A stretch of 64,000 bases of DNA from Candidatus Iainarchaeum sp. (GTDB taxonomy: Archaea > Iainarchaeota > Iainarchaeia > JAADDC01), in contig JASUTF010000001.1 in assembly GCA_030445695.1 (NCBI GenBank), positions 882 through 64,881 of the forward strand, read 5' to 3'. The notes under the pieces were generated by a model. It did not search any database. It saw nothing but the letters and a program-made list of their open reading frames with translations, and was not told where the DNA came from. Position numbers and translations under genes: made by a program. The first letter of the stretch is position 1; every line of letters starts with the position of its first letter. Shown here piece after piece: positions 27,410 to 34,958 of the stretch.

Positions 27410-28012
27410 TTACTTCGCCTTCCTGTTGTTCGCCTTGAGGGACGGACGGACCTTCTCGGCGCCCTTGCCCTTGTTCCTCAGGCCTCTACCCTTCTTTCCG
27501 GCGCTGGTGAGCCCGCGGAACGCACGGCCGCGGTGCTGTGGCTCGGCTATCCAGCGGAGGTCCTTGTCCGCGAGGATTGCTGGGTTGTGCGGGTCAACGA
27601 GTATGACCTCGTACCAGTAGTGCTGTCCGTCCTCTCCCACGTAGTAGGAGTTCAGAACTTCGAGGTTCCTGTATCTCCTTGCGGCGCGCTCCTCTGCAAT
27701 CCTCTGTATGGATATCCTGCGCGTGAGCTTGTTCACACCCATTCTCTTAGGTCTTCTTCCCTTGTTTGGGCGGATGTGGCGACCGGAACCCTTGCGCACG
27801 CGCACGCGGACGACGATGATGCCCTGCTTCGCCTTGTATCCCAGTGCCTTTGCGCGCGCGAGGTTCGTGGGGCGCTCCACCTTCACAATGGCTGGCTCGC
27901 GCCTCCACTGGATGAGCTTCTCCTTCATCCTCTCGTCGTAGTCGTAAAAATCGTCCTCTTCGCCCATATACTCCTTCTGCAGTATCTTGCTTATGTACTT
28001 ATACACTCCCAT
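27410..28012 (-). CDS. rpl15e: Ribosomal protein L15e
   Basis: '[10 protein letters not shown]...[24 protein letters not shown]' classical L15e. Confidence 0.9.
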   Translation of the reverse strand: MGVYKYISKILQKEYMGEEDDFYDYDERMKEKLIQWRREPAIVKVERPTNLARAKALGYKAKQGIIVVRVRVRKGSGRHIRPNKGRRPKRMGVNKLTRRISIQRIAEERAARRYRNLEVLNSYYVGEDGQHYWYEVILVDPHNPAILADKDLRWIAEPQHRGRAFRGLTSAGKKGRGLRNKGKGAEKVRPSLKANNRKAK

Positions 28013-28088
28013 TCTTCACACCTCCGCGGCTCAGGGTGTCCCCATCATCCCGCCGCTCTCAGAGATGGGATAAAGAATCGTTAAAAAA

Positions 28089-28562
28089 TTACTCTCCCAC
28101 CACCTCGCCGATGCCGTAGGATACCAGCACTACGAACGTAGCGAACACGATGTGTTGAAGTACCGCCTTCCACGGATTTTCACCGTGGTCTTTTGCTGAC
28201 ATCCACGAGAGTATCGCGATGAGTCCGTACCCCCAGGCGACTGCTGGCAAGAAGTAGTCTGTCTTGAACACGAGGATGATGACGATGAACGACATTGCAA
28301 CCAGGAATTTCGCCAGAAGGGCACCCAGCGGTACCCAGAGAGTCCTTTTACCTTCTCCGTGTTCCATCTCTTCGCTGACGTGCATCCCAAAGGCGTCAGA
28401 CAGCGAGTCCGCGATCCCGATGATTAAGACGGCCATTGTCAGTGCCCTGATGTCGTTCAAACCTGAAAATCCCGCTATGACCGCGAGTATCGTCACGATG
28501 CTCGTGGGCACACCGAAGCCCGCACCCTTTTTCAGGAGGTCTGCAACGCCCATACCTACCAT
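28089..28562 (-). CDS. Membrane protein, possibly a short VIT1/CCC1-family (DUF125) member
   Basis: 'GIADSLSDAFGMHVSEEMEHGEG' resembles the VIT-family 'SMAaGEYvS' loop. 4-5 TM helices. Weak assignment. Confidence 0.35.
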   Translation of the reverse strand: MVGMGVADLLKKGAGFGVPTSIVTILAVIAGFSGLNDIRALTMAVLIIGIADSLSDAFGMHVSEEMEHGEGKRTLWVPLGALLAKFLVAMSFIVIILVFKTDYFLPAVAWGYGLIAILSWMSAKDHGENPWKAVLQHIVFATFVVLVSYGIGEVVGE

Positions 28563-28593
28563 CCCCGTTTATATTCCCCTTACGGAATTATTA

Positions 28594-29145
28594 ATGCGAC
28601 AGGGCGGTATTATGAGGAGCCCAAAGAACTTTTATCTTGTCAGATGGGCAAAGCCGGAAGATTATAAACAACTCCTTGACCTTTCTGCCACAGAGGCATC
28701 TATCATATACGGCACGGACCGGCAGATGGCCTTGGAGGAGTATCTCCGAATCTACGGGCCGGAGCCATACATGACACGCGAGGGAATCAAGAAGAGCATA
28801 TCAGATTACAGAAAGCACCGCGCGAAGGACTATATCATCGTCGTGGAGAAGTATCCGGAGAGGCGGATAGTTGGCTTCGTCCACGCACGTGTCTACCGCA
28901 ATACTGCATATCTGAACGACATCGTCATCGATCTCAGCGAGTCCAAGCGAGGCCTCGGCTCGTTACTTGTTCATGCTCTTGAGGACGCCATCGCAGAGAC
29001 GCATCCGGAAGTCCGAAAGATCGTGACGGATGCACACCCGGGTTCCCGCAAGTTCTTCGAACGCTACGGCTACGAAGTGGTGGACGAGGAGGTCGGACGC
29101 GACGGCATCATCTGGTATAGAATGGAGAAGAAGATAGGGGATTGA
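28594..29145 (+). CDS. GNAT-family N-acetyltransferase
   Basis: 'IVGFVHARVY...LNDIVIDLSESKRGLGSLLVHALEDAI...FFERYGYEVV' GNAT motifs A/B. TATA 'TTTATAT' at 28568-28574 gives a leaderless ATG at 28594; the ORF track starts earlier at 28264. Confidence 0.7.
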   Translation: MRQGGIMRSPKNFYLVRWAKPEDYKQLLDLSATEASIIYGTDRQMALEEYLRIYGPEPYMTREGIKKSISDYRKHRAKDYIIVVEKYPERRIVGFVHARVYRNTAYLNDIVIDLSESKRGLGSLLVHALEDAIAETHPEVRKIVTDAHPGSRKFFERYGYEVVDEEVGRDGIIWYRMEKKIGD

Positions 29146-29150
29146 AGGGA

Positions 29151-29558
29151 TTACCCCTTCACGCGGGCGATCTTCCTGTACTCGCCCGCTTCCATGATCT
29201 CCACTTCCACGCCGGGTTCGAGCTTGGACGCGATGTCCTCCTCTTCCGGTATGGGGAGCTCATACGTTTCATACGATTCGAGGTCCATCACCTGCACCTG
29301 GTCCCCCATAACAGCAAGTACCTGTGCATACTTCCTCTTTATGATGGGAACCTCAACGTCCGCACCAGACGGCTTGAGCATCTGGCGCTTCTGCCCGTCA
29401 AACACCCCGATTGCAGTTATCCTCACCTTTGCAGAGCCGTGCTTGCCCGGGGACGAAACCTGAACGTCCGTAACCCTGCAGACGGCCCCATCGATGAGCA
29501 CCCACTGTCCGGGCTTGATTCTGCCCGCCTTCTCAAACTTTATCTCCATCTCGGCCAT
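29151..29558 (-). CDS. eif5a: Translation initiation factor 5A (aIF5A, hypusine-containing)
   Basis: 'SSPGKHGSAKVRITAIGVFDG' contains the hypusination loop 'GKHGSAK'. Confidence 0.9.
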   Translation of the reverse strand: MAEMEIKFEKAGRIKPGQWVLIDGAVCRVTDVQVSSPGKHGSAKVRITAIGVFDGQKRQMLKPSGADVEVPIIKRKYAQVLAVMGDQVQVMDLESYETYELPIPEEEDIASKLEPGVEVEIMEAGEYRKIARVKG

Positions 29559-29567
29559 GACAGTCCC

Positions 29568-29576
29568 TCCTTTTTA
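29568..29576 (+). promoter_or_regulatory. TATA box (TTTTTAAAC) about 27 nt upstream of the ATG at 29600, predicting a leaderless operon transcript
   Basis: Spacing matches the tRNA promoters in this window. No SD between the box and the ATG. Confidence 0.4.
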
Positions 29577-29599
29577 AACATCGTTTTCCCTTTCCTATT

Positions 29600-30103
29600 A
29601 TGAATCTTCCTGCGGGAGAGGTCGTAACCGACGCCGCCCCCGTCGAGCCAAAGGCCTTCTCAGACCTACTACAAGATCTGGGCAAACGATCTTTTAACGG
29701 TTATGTTGCTTGGCTCGGAAGGGGCTACGACGGGCTTGAGGAGGGCGTTGTTCTCTTCTCCGAGGGCAAGATTGTCGCAGCGTCCTATGAGCACCTCAAA
29801 TACGATCATATTATCGACGGGAAGGACGCGTTGGAACCCGCGGCAAACGTGGTCATGTCCAAACATCCCGTTTATTCCGTTGTGTCTCTGACGGCCCCAA
29901 AAATAAACTTGGTCCTCGCTTTCAACGAGAGGGTGAAGCTCCCGAAGCCCATAGCACCGAAGGACTTCGTGGGGTTGATACCCAAGGCCTACTCCGATCA
30001 GTGGGTGAAGAGTGTAATAAAAACACTTTCACAGCAGGATATTGATAGAATACGCCTGCTCGCCAAGTATGGCCTCACAGGTGTGAAGGTGGGTGAAATA
30101 TGA
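29600..30103 (+). CDS. Small protein with a DUF4388/Roadblock-like N-terminal region, first gene of the MinD-like operon
   Basis: 'FSDLLQDLGKRSFNGYVAWLGRG...EGVVLFSEGKIVAASYE' resembles the DUF4388 consensus 'dLLq...k.tG.L.v....g.iyf.eG.iv.A'. 4-nt overlap with the next gene. Confidence 0.45.
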   Translation: MNLPAGEVVTDAAPVEPKAFSDLLQDLGKRSFNGYVAWLGRGYDGLEEGVVLFSEGKIVAASYEHLKYDHIIDGKDALEPAANVVMSKHPVYSVVSLTAPKINLVLAFNERVKLPKPIAPKDFVGLIPKAYSDQWVKSVIKTLSQQDIDRIRLLAKYGLTGVKVGEI

Positions 30104-30522
30104 TCCAGCGACTGATATTCCGGCTACTGGGCCTCGAGGAGCGGCCGAACTACTCTGACGTCAAGTTCCTGTCCACTCCGAAAAAGGTGGAGCCGCCCAC
30201 GGACGCCGATGTCCAAAAACTTCTCGACTATCTGAGGAAGAAGCACATGGTGGACGCTATCTCTGTCTTCACGGACGAGGGCACACTCGTCGCTACAACG
30301 CTTCCGGAGGAGGACGCGGTTCACGAATACTCACTCTACGAGCAGCTTTCCCTCGAGCTGGACGATGTCTCCCACGTTTTCATACTCAAGGGCGACTGGA
30401 TCATCGCGTTCCACCGTGGAAACCACGTATACATCGTGCATGCCCCCGCCTACGTGAACATGGTGGAGCTATCTGCCATTGCACGCGACGTGGAGGCCAT
30501 GCTCTTCAGTATGGGTTGGTGA
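30100..30522 (+). CDS. Roadblock/LC7 (MglB-like) domain protein
   Basis: 'VDAISVFTDEGTLVATT' and 'VFILKGDWIIAFHRGNHVYIVHAP' fit the beta-alpha-beta-beta-alpha Roadblock pattern. Overlaps both neighbours. Confidence 0.45.
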   Translation: MIQRLIFRLLGLEERPNYSDVKFLSTPKKVEPPTDADVQKLLDYLRKKHMVDAISVFTDEGTLVATTLPEEDAVHEYSLYEQLSLELDDVSHVFILKGDWIIAFHRGNHVYIVHAPAYVNMVELSAIARDVEAMLFSMGW

Positions 30523-31304
30523 AGATGGGGAGAAGGATATCCATCGTTTCGGGGAAGGGCGGCGTCGGAAAGACCACAGTTGCCGCTAACCTTTCCGTTG
30601 CCCTTGCCAAGCTCGGCGAAAAGGTGCTCGTGGTCGATGCAGACGTGGCCATGGCGAACCTTGCCCTCCTCTTCGGGCTTCAGTCCGCGCCCATCACGTT
30701 CCAGGACGTTCTCCTCGGCGAGGCGGAGATCTACGACGCCATGTACGAAGGCCCCTACGGCCTTACCGTTGTTCCGTCAGGCCTTTCCCTTCAGGCATAC
30801 CGCCGCGTGAACCCCGACAAGATGAGCGAGGTCCTCCGCGGCATCGAGAACGAGTTCGACTACATCTTCCTGGACGCACCCGCGGGCATTGGGGATAACG
30901 CCATGGCAGCCATGGCGGCGACGAAGGAGGCCATCTTTGTCGTTACTCCGGACAAGGCATCCATTGCGGACGCCCTGAAGGCAAAGCTCACGGCCGAGCG
31001 CATAGGTGTCAAGCCCTACGCAGCGATACTTAACATGGTCCGCGGTTTTCCCGAGGAGCCCACGGAGGAGGACGTAAAGAACATTTTAGAGCTTGCAGTC
31101 CTCGGATCCGTTCCTGAGGACAAGGAGGTACGTCGTTCCCTCCTGTTGAAGAAGCCCTCTCCCGTGGTTGTGCGAAAGCCGGACAGCCCTGCCGCAAAGG
31201 CGTTCATGCAGATCGCCTCGCGCATATCCGGTATCCAGCCGAAGCAGGAAGAGAAGAAAGGCTTTTTAACGTTTATCAAGTCCTTATTCAAAAAGAAGAA
31301 GTAA
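30516..31304 (+). CDS. minD: MinD/ParA-family deviant Walker A ATPase with a C-terminal amphipathic membrane-targeting helix
   Basis: 'IVSGKGGVGKTTVAANL' deviant Walker A, 'VVDAD', 'IFLDAPAG' Walker B. C-terminal 'KKGFLTFIKSLFKKKK' resembles the MinD membrane-targeting sequence. Confidence 0.8.
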   Translation: MVKMGRRISIVSGKGGVGKTTVAANLSVALAKLGEKVLVVDADVAMANLALLFGLQSAPITFQDVLLGEAEIYDAMYEGPYGLTVVPSGLSLQAYRRVNPDKMSEVLRGIENEFDYIFLDAPAGIGDNAMAAMAATKEAIFVVTPDKASIADALKAKLTAERIGVKPYAAILNMVRGFPEEPTEEDVKNILELAVLGSVPEDKEVRRSLLLKKPSPVVVRKPDSPAAKAFMQIASRISGIQPKQEEKKGFLTFIKSLFKKKK

Positions 31305-31308
31305 ATAG

Positions 31309-31542
31309 GTGGTTTTTATGGTGAGCAGACCCTTTGATTTGTTGAACGACGCCCTTGGGAAGGAGGCACTCATAATACTCAAGGCCGGGAGATCCGTTCG
31401 CGGCGTTCTCCTGGCATTCGACGTTCACATGAACCTGGTTGTGGACGACGCCGAGCTCACGGAGCAGGACGGCACAGTGAAGAAGCTCGGCCGCATTCTC
31501 ATCCGCGGGGACACGGTGGTCATCGTCGCCCCGTCCCCGTGA
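31309..31542 (+). CDS. Sm-like archaeal protein (SmAP/LSm)
   Basis: 'RPFDLLNDALGKEALIILKAGRSVRGVLLAFDVHMNLVVDDAELTEQDG...RILIRGDTVVIV' Sm1 and Sm2 motifs. Confidence 0.8.
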   Translation: MVFMVSRPFDLLNDALGKEALIILKAGRSVRGVLLAFDVHMNLVVDDAELTEQDGTVKKLGRILIRGDTVVIVAPSP

Positions 31543-31672
31543 TTTTCCCTTTATACATCTCTATTCCCTTTGAATCGCATTGGGGTCAGCCGGGAAGCAA
31601 AACTCATCACCATCAGCACACGTCGCTGTCATCATCCCCAAGTTTTTTAATGCTGGAAGCGTTTTTACAAAC

Positions 31673-32911
31673 ATGTATGTTACTGCCATATTCCTCATCG
31701 TCTCCGTCCTCATCTTCATCGGTTTCCTCTCCAACTACTTCTTTGACCGCACGAAGATTCCCGACTCCCTGATACTGATAGTCCTGGGCATACTGCTGGG
31801 ACCTGTGACTAACGCCCTCTTCCCCGGTAGTGTTATTGCCCAGATCTTCCGTCCCGACGTTTTTGAGGGTTTCGCAGGTCTGATGGCATCCCTCGCCATA
31901 ATGGTCATCATGTTCGAGACGGGACTGAACCTTGATATCAGGCGTGTTGTCACGGAGGCGCCCCGATCCTTCTTCTACGCCACCGCGCACTACTTTACCA
32001 CTGCAATTCTTTCCGGGGTCTTTGCCGCCCTCCTGTTCGGCTGGGACTGGCCCTTTGCGTTTATGATCGGTTTTCTGCTCGGGGGGACAAGCGCAGCCAT
32101 TGTCATCCCGCTGGGCAAGCGCATCGGCCTGAACAGTGAGGAGCAGACGATTCTGGAACTCGAGTCGACGATTACCAATGTTTACAACGTCATTCTCGTG
32201 GTGGCCGTTGCACAGTACGTTCTGACCGCGTCCACCGACTGGAGGTATCCAATACAGAGCATACTGGCTGCCTTTTCCATATCCATCGTCTTCGGCGCCC
32301 TGGTCGGATACTTCTGGCAGAAGGTGCTACGCCGCCTGCAGACGGCACCCTTCTCGTATATGCTTACCTTTGCCGTGCTTATGGCGTTCTACGCGATAAT
32401 GAATGAGTTCGGGGGTAACGGGCCGCTCTTCGCCCTCGTATTCGGGCTGACGTTAGCGAACGTCCACCTCATCTCCCCCCTGCGCATGGTGAACATGATC
32501 CAGCTCCACAGGGAGATATCCTTCTTTATCCGCGTCTTCTTCTTCGTTTTCCTGGGGGTGATATTCAAGTTCAGCACAGACCCGCTCCACTGGCTCTTCG
32601 TTGGCATCCTGTCCATCATCTCTCTGACAGCCCGTTACTTTGCGGCCCGGCTCATGAACATGCAGTCGTCCATTGAGATGGCCACGCTCATCCCCCGCGG
32701 TCTCGGAGAAGCGGTGCTTTCTGCTCTCCTCCTTCAGATGTTCGCAGGCACGGAGTACATGCCCGTTATCGCAGATATGGTCCAGATTGTATCTATCGCG
32801 ATCATCATGACCAACGTGTTCACCGCTGCCATGGTCTGGTACCTGCTACGCCTCAAAGGGAGCGCTCAGACAGAACCAGAAACGAGTTCTGCCCAGACGA
32901 CGAGTATGTAA
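31673..32911 (+). CDS. Na+/H+ antiporter (CPA1, NhaP-like)
   Basis: 12-13 TM helices. 'GGTSAAIVIPLGKRIGL' and 'FALVFGLTLANV' CPA-type motifs. TATA at 31643-31651 predicts a leaderless ATG at 31673; the ORF track starts at TTG 31580. Confidence 0.65.
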   Translation: MYVTAIFLIVSVLIFIGFLSNYFFDRTKIPDSLILIVLGILLGPVTNALFPGSVIAQIFRPDVFEGFAGLMASLAIMVIMFETGLNLDIRRVVTEAPRSFFYATAHYFTTAILSGVFAALLFGWDWPFAFMIGFLLGGTSAAIVIPLGKRIGLNSEEQTILELESTITNVYNVILVVAVAQYVLTASTDWRYPIQSILAAFSISIVFGALVGYFWQKVLRRLQTAPFSYMLTFAVLMAFYAIMNEFGGNGPLFALVFGLTLANVHLISPLRMVNMIQLHREISFFIRVFFFVFLGVIFKFSTDPLHWLFVGILSIISLTARYFAARLMNMQSSIEMATLIPRGLGEAVLSALLLQMFAGTEYMPVIADMVQIVSIAIIMTNVFTAAMVWYLLRLKGSAQTEPETSSAQTTSM

Positions 32912-33804
32912 AGTATTATCAGCGACAGCGCCTCCCACTTCGTTATCACTTCCTCCCTTGACAGTTTCAGCCCTACCAGTGATGCACCGAGCATCATTGC
33001 TGCAACTATTCCTGTGGTTCCGTTGAACACGATCGTGTGTCCTGATAAGGCACCCACCAACGCGGCGGTGCCCAGAACAAGCGTAAGGTCTGCCACGGCG
33101 CTCCCCAGAATGTCGCCTATCGCTATTCCCGTTTCCCTTGCCCTTACCGCCGCTATTTCCACGCTGAGCTCCGGCATGTTCGTCCCCAGTGCCACGATGA
33201 AGAACGCTATGAAGAACTCGGGGATGCCCATTGCTCTCGCAATCCCCTCGCTCCCCCTGACCACGAGTTCTGCCCCTGCAAACACCACTGCCGTGCTTAT
33301 AACGAGCAGTAGGGTCGCCATCCATACTTTACGTCCTCCCGCTCTCCTCTTAAGCGATGAGATCCTCCCTTCCCGGACGAGGTGCATGTAGCCGACGTAT
33401 AACAGCACAAGGAGTAGACCCAGAACTGCGGGGATCTTCCTGAACAGGACAAGGAGTATGGTCACCCATGAGGTGATGATGGCTGCCCAGAGCATCTCCC
33501 TTCTTCTCTCCTTTCCGAACCTGACCGTGGTCATAAGCCCGAGAACCCCGAACGACAGGAGGAAAAGCCCGATTACCGACCCCACAGCGGTACCTGTGGC
33601 TATCTCCGGCCGGCCGTCCATAACTGCCATAACAGCCACGGCTAGTTCCGGCAGGCTTGTGAGCGTGGCTACGATGGTGGCGCCCACGCCGTAGCGGTCA
33701 ATACCCGTGGCGTTTGCTATGTCCACGGCGGCGGATATGGCCTTCCTTGCACCCCACACGAGAAGTGCTATGCCCGCTACGAGGATCACTGCGTCCAGCA
33801 GCAT
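32866..33804 (-). CDS. Ca2+/cation antiporter (CaCA family, YrbG-like)
   Basis: Two internal repeats each with an alpha-repeat 'GATIVATLTSLPELAVAVMA' / 'GDILGSAVADLTLVLGTAAL' typical of Na+/Ca2+ exchangers. Confidence 0.7.
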   Translation of the reverse strand: MLLDAVILVAGIALLVWGARKAISAAVDIANATGIDRYGVGATIVATLTSLPELAVAVMAVMDGRPEIATGTAVGSVIGLFLLSFGVLGLMTTVRFGKERRREMLWAAIITSWVTILLVLFRKIPAVLGLLLVLLYVGYMHLVREGRISSLKRRAGGRKVWMATLLLVISTAVVFAGAELVVRGSEGIARAMGIPEFFIAFFIVALGTNMPELSVEIAAVRARETGIAIGDILGSAVADLTLVLGTAALVGALSGHTIVFNGTTGIVAAMMLGASLVGLKLSREEVITKWEALSLIILYILVVWAELVSGSV

Positions 33805-33825
33805 GCTTTCACCCTGTGTTTTGAA

Positions 33826-33910
33826 TGCGGGGGGCGGGAGTCGAACCCGCGCAGGGCCTACGCCCATCGGATCTTAAGTCCGACGCCTTCGACCGCTCGG
33901 CCACCCCCGC
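33826..33910 (-). tRNA. tRNA-Leu (anticodon TAA), with a long variable arm
   Basis: Manual fold of the reverse complement: acceptor GCGGGGG/CCCCCGC, anticodon stem TCGGA/TCCGA with loop CTTAAGA, 16-nt variable arm, T arm GCGGG-TTCGACT-CCCGC, discriminator A. TATA-like GTATTAAA at 33942-33949. Confidence 0.9.
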
Positions 33911-33952
33911 ACCGGCCGAGCAAAGAAATAGGGAGAAAGGGTATTAAACCTA

Positions 33953-34873
33953 TTACTGGAGGGTCTTTTCCAGCGGTGGGACGATCTGCTTCTTTCTGGA
34001 CATCACGCCGGGTAACCAAATGGCGTTCTCCTCTACCTTTTTGCCGAAAGCACGCTCTATGGGGGAGACGTCGTCCGCCACCACGAGCAGGGTCGTGCCC
34101 TCCTTCATGATGTCCGTGACCATTGTGAGCACCGCGAAGAGGCCCTGCTCCTCCTTGACCTTCCGCATCTCCTCCAGTATCTCCTCCTTCCTCGCAAGAA
34201 CGTCGGAGTCGTCTATGACCTCCACCTGGTTGATGAGGAACTTCTTGTCGGCGAAGTCGTAGACCTTGTAGTCGTTCAGCACGATCTCCCTGGCGCTCTT
34301 CTCCCTGATCTTGCTCTTTGCCTTGAAGAGCTCGATACCCCACGCCTTCAGGTCGTCGATTCCCGCGATCCTTGCAAGCTTCTCTGCCATTTCCCTGTCA
34401 ACGTCTGTCGTGGTGGGCGACTTGAAGATAACTGTGTCGGAGAGGATGGCGCTCAGGAGGCAGCCCGCAATGTCCCTTGGAATCTCTATACCCTCTATCT
34501 CGAATAGTTTCGCCACGATCGTCGATGAGGATCCCCAGGGCAGTGCAATGTAGGTGATGGGCTTGTCGTAGGAGAACTTTATCTTATGGTGGTCAATAAC
34601 GCCGACGATGTTCGCTTCCTCTATGCCGTCCGCACTCTGCTCAAACTCGTTGTGGTCCATGAGCCAGACGTCCTTGCCTGCGGCACTCTCCAACATTTCG
34701 GGTACTTCCACGCCAAAACGCTCCAGCACGAGCTTTGTCTCGGCGTTGATCTCCCCAAGCCGGAACGCCTTTGCCTCCTTACCCTTCTGGCGTAGGAGGT
34801 ATGCGTAGCCGATTGCAGAGCATATGGCGTCCGTGTCCGGGTTCCTGTGGCCGAATACGTGTATCATTTGCAT
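33953..34873 (-). CDS. ppaC: Manganese-dependent inorganic pyrophosphatase (family II, DHH/DHHA2)
   Basis: 'MIHVFGHRNPDTDAICSAIGYAYL' DHH motif I, 'DHH' motif, 'GGH'-region 'WGSSSTIVAKLF'. About 305 aa from ATG 34867/34873. Confidence 0.85.
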   Translation of the reverse strand: MQMIHVFGHRNPDTDAICSAIGYAYLLRQKGKEAKAFRLGEINAETKLVLERFGVEVPEMLESAAGKDVWLMDHNEFEQSADGIEEANIVGVIDHHKIKFSYDKPITYIALPWGSSSTIVAKLFEIEGIEIPRDIAGCLLSAILSDTVIFKSPTTTDVDREMAEKLARIAGIDDLKAWGIELFKAKSKIREKSAREIVLNDYKVYDFADKKFLINQVEVIDDSDVLARKEEILEEMRKVKEEQGLFAVLTMVTDIMKEGTTLLVVADDVSPIERAFGKKVEENAIWLPGVMSRKKQIVPPLEKTLQ

Positions 34874-34931
34874 CACCCTACTAAGATCGGGGTGAGGTGT
34901 TTTAATCGGATTCAGGTTGGAACAGGAAGGG

Positions 34932-34938
34932 TTATATA
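34932..34938 (+). promoter_or_regulatory. TATA box (TTATATA) upstream of the pilin-like gene
   Basis: Predicts a TSS near 34960, coincident with an in-frame TTG at 34959. Confidence 0.3.
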
Positions 34939-34958
34939 CCTTGAAGTATTTATTTTGT

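Noticed and set aside
26088-28012. Possibility that the rpl15e-DUF54-rpp30-pop5 string continues into the proteasome/exosome genes of the archaeal superoperon
   Set aside because: Downstream of pop5 the strand switches to an unrelated membrane protein and trmI. The superoperon is truncated here, so there is nothing further to annotate.
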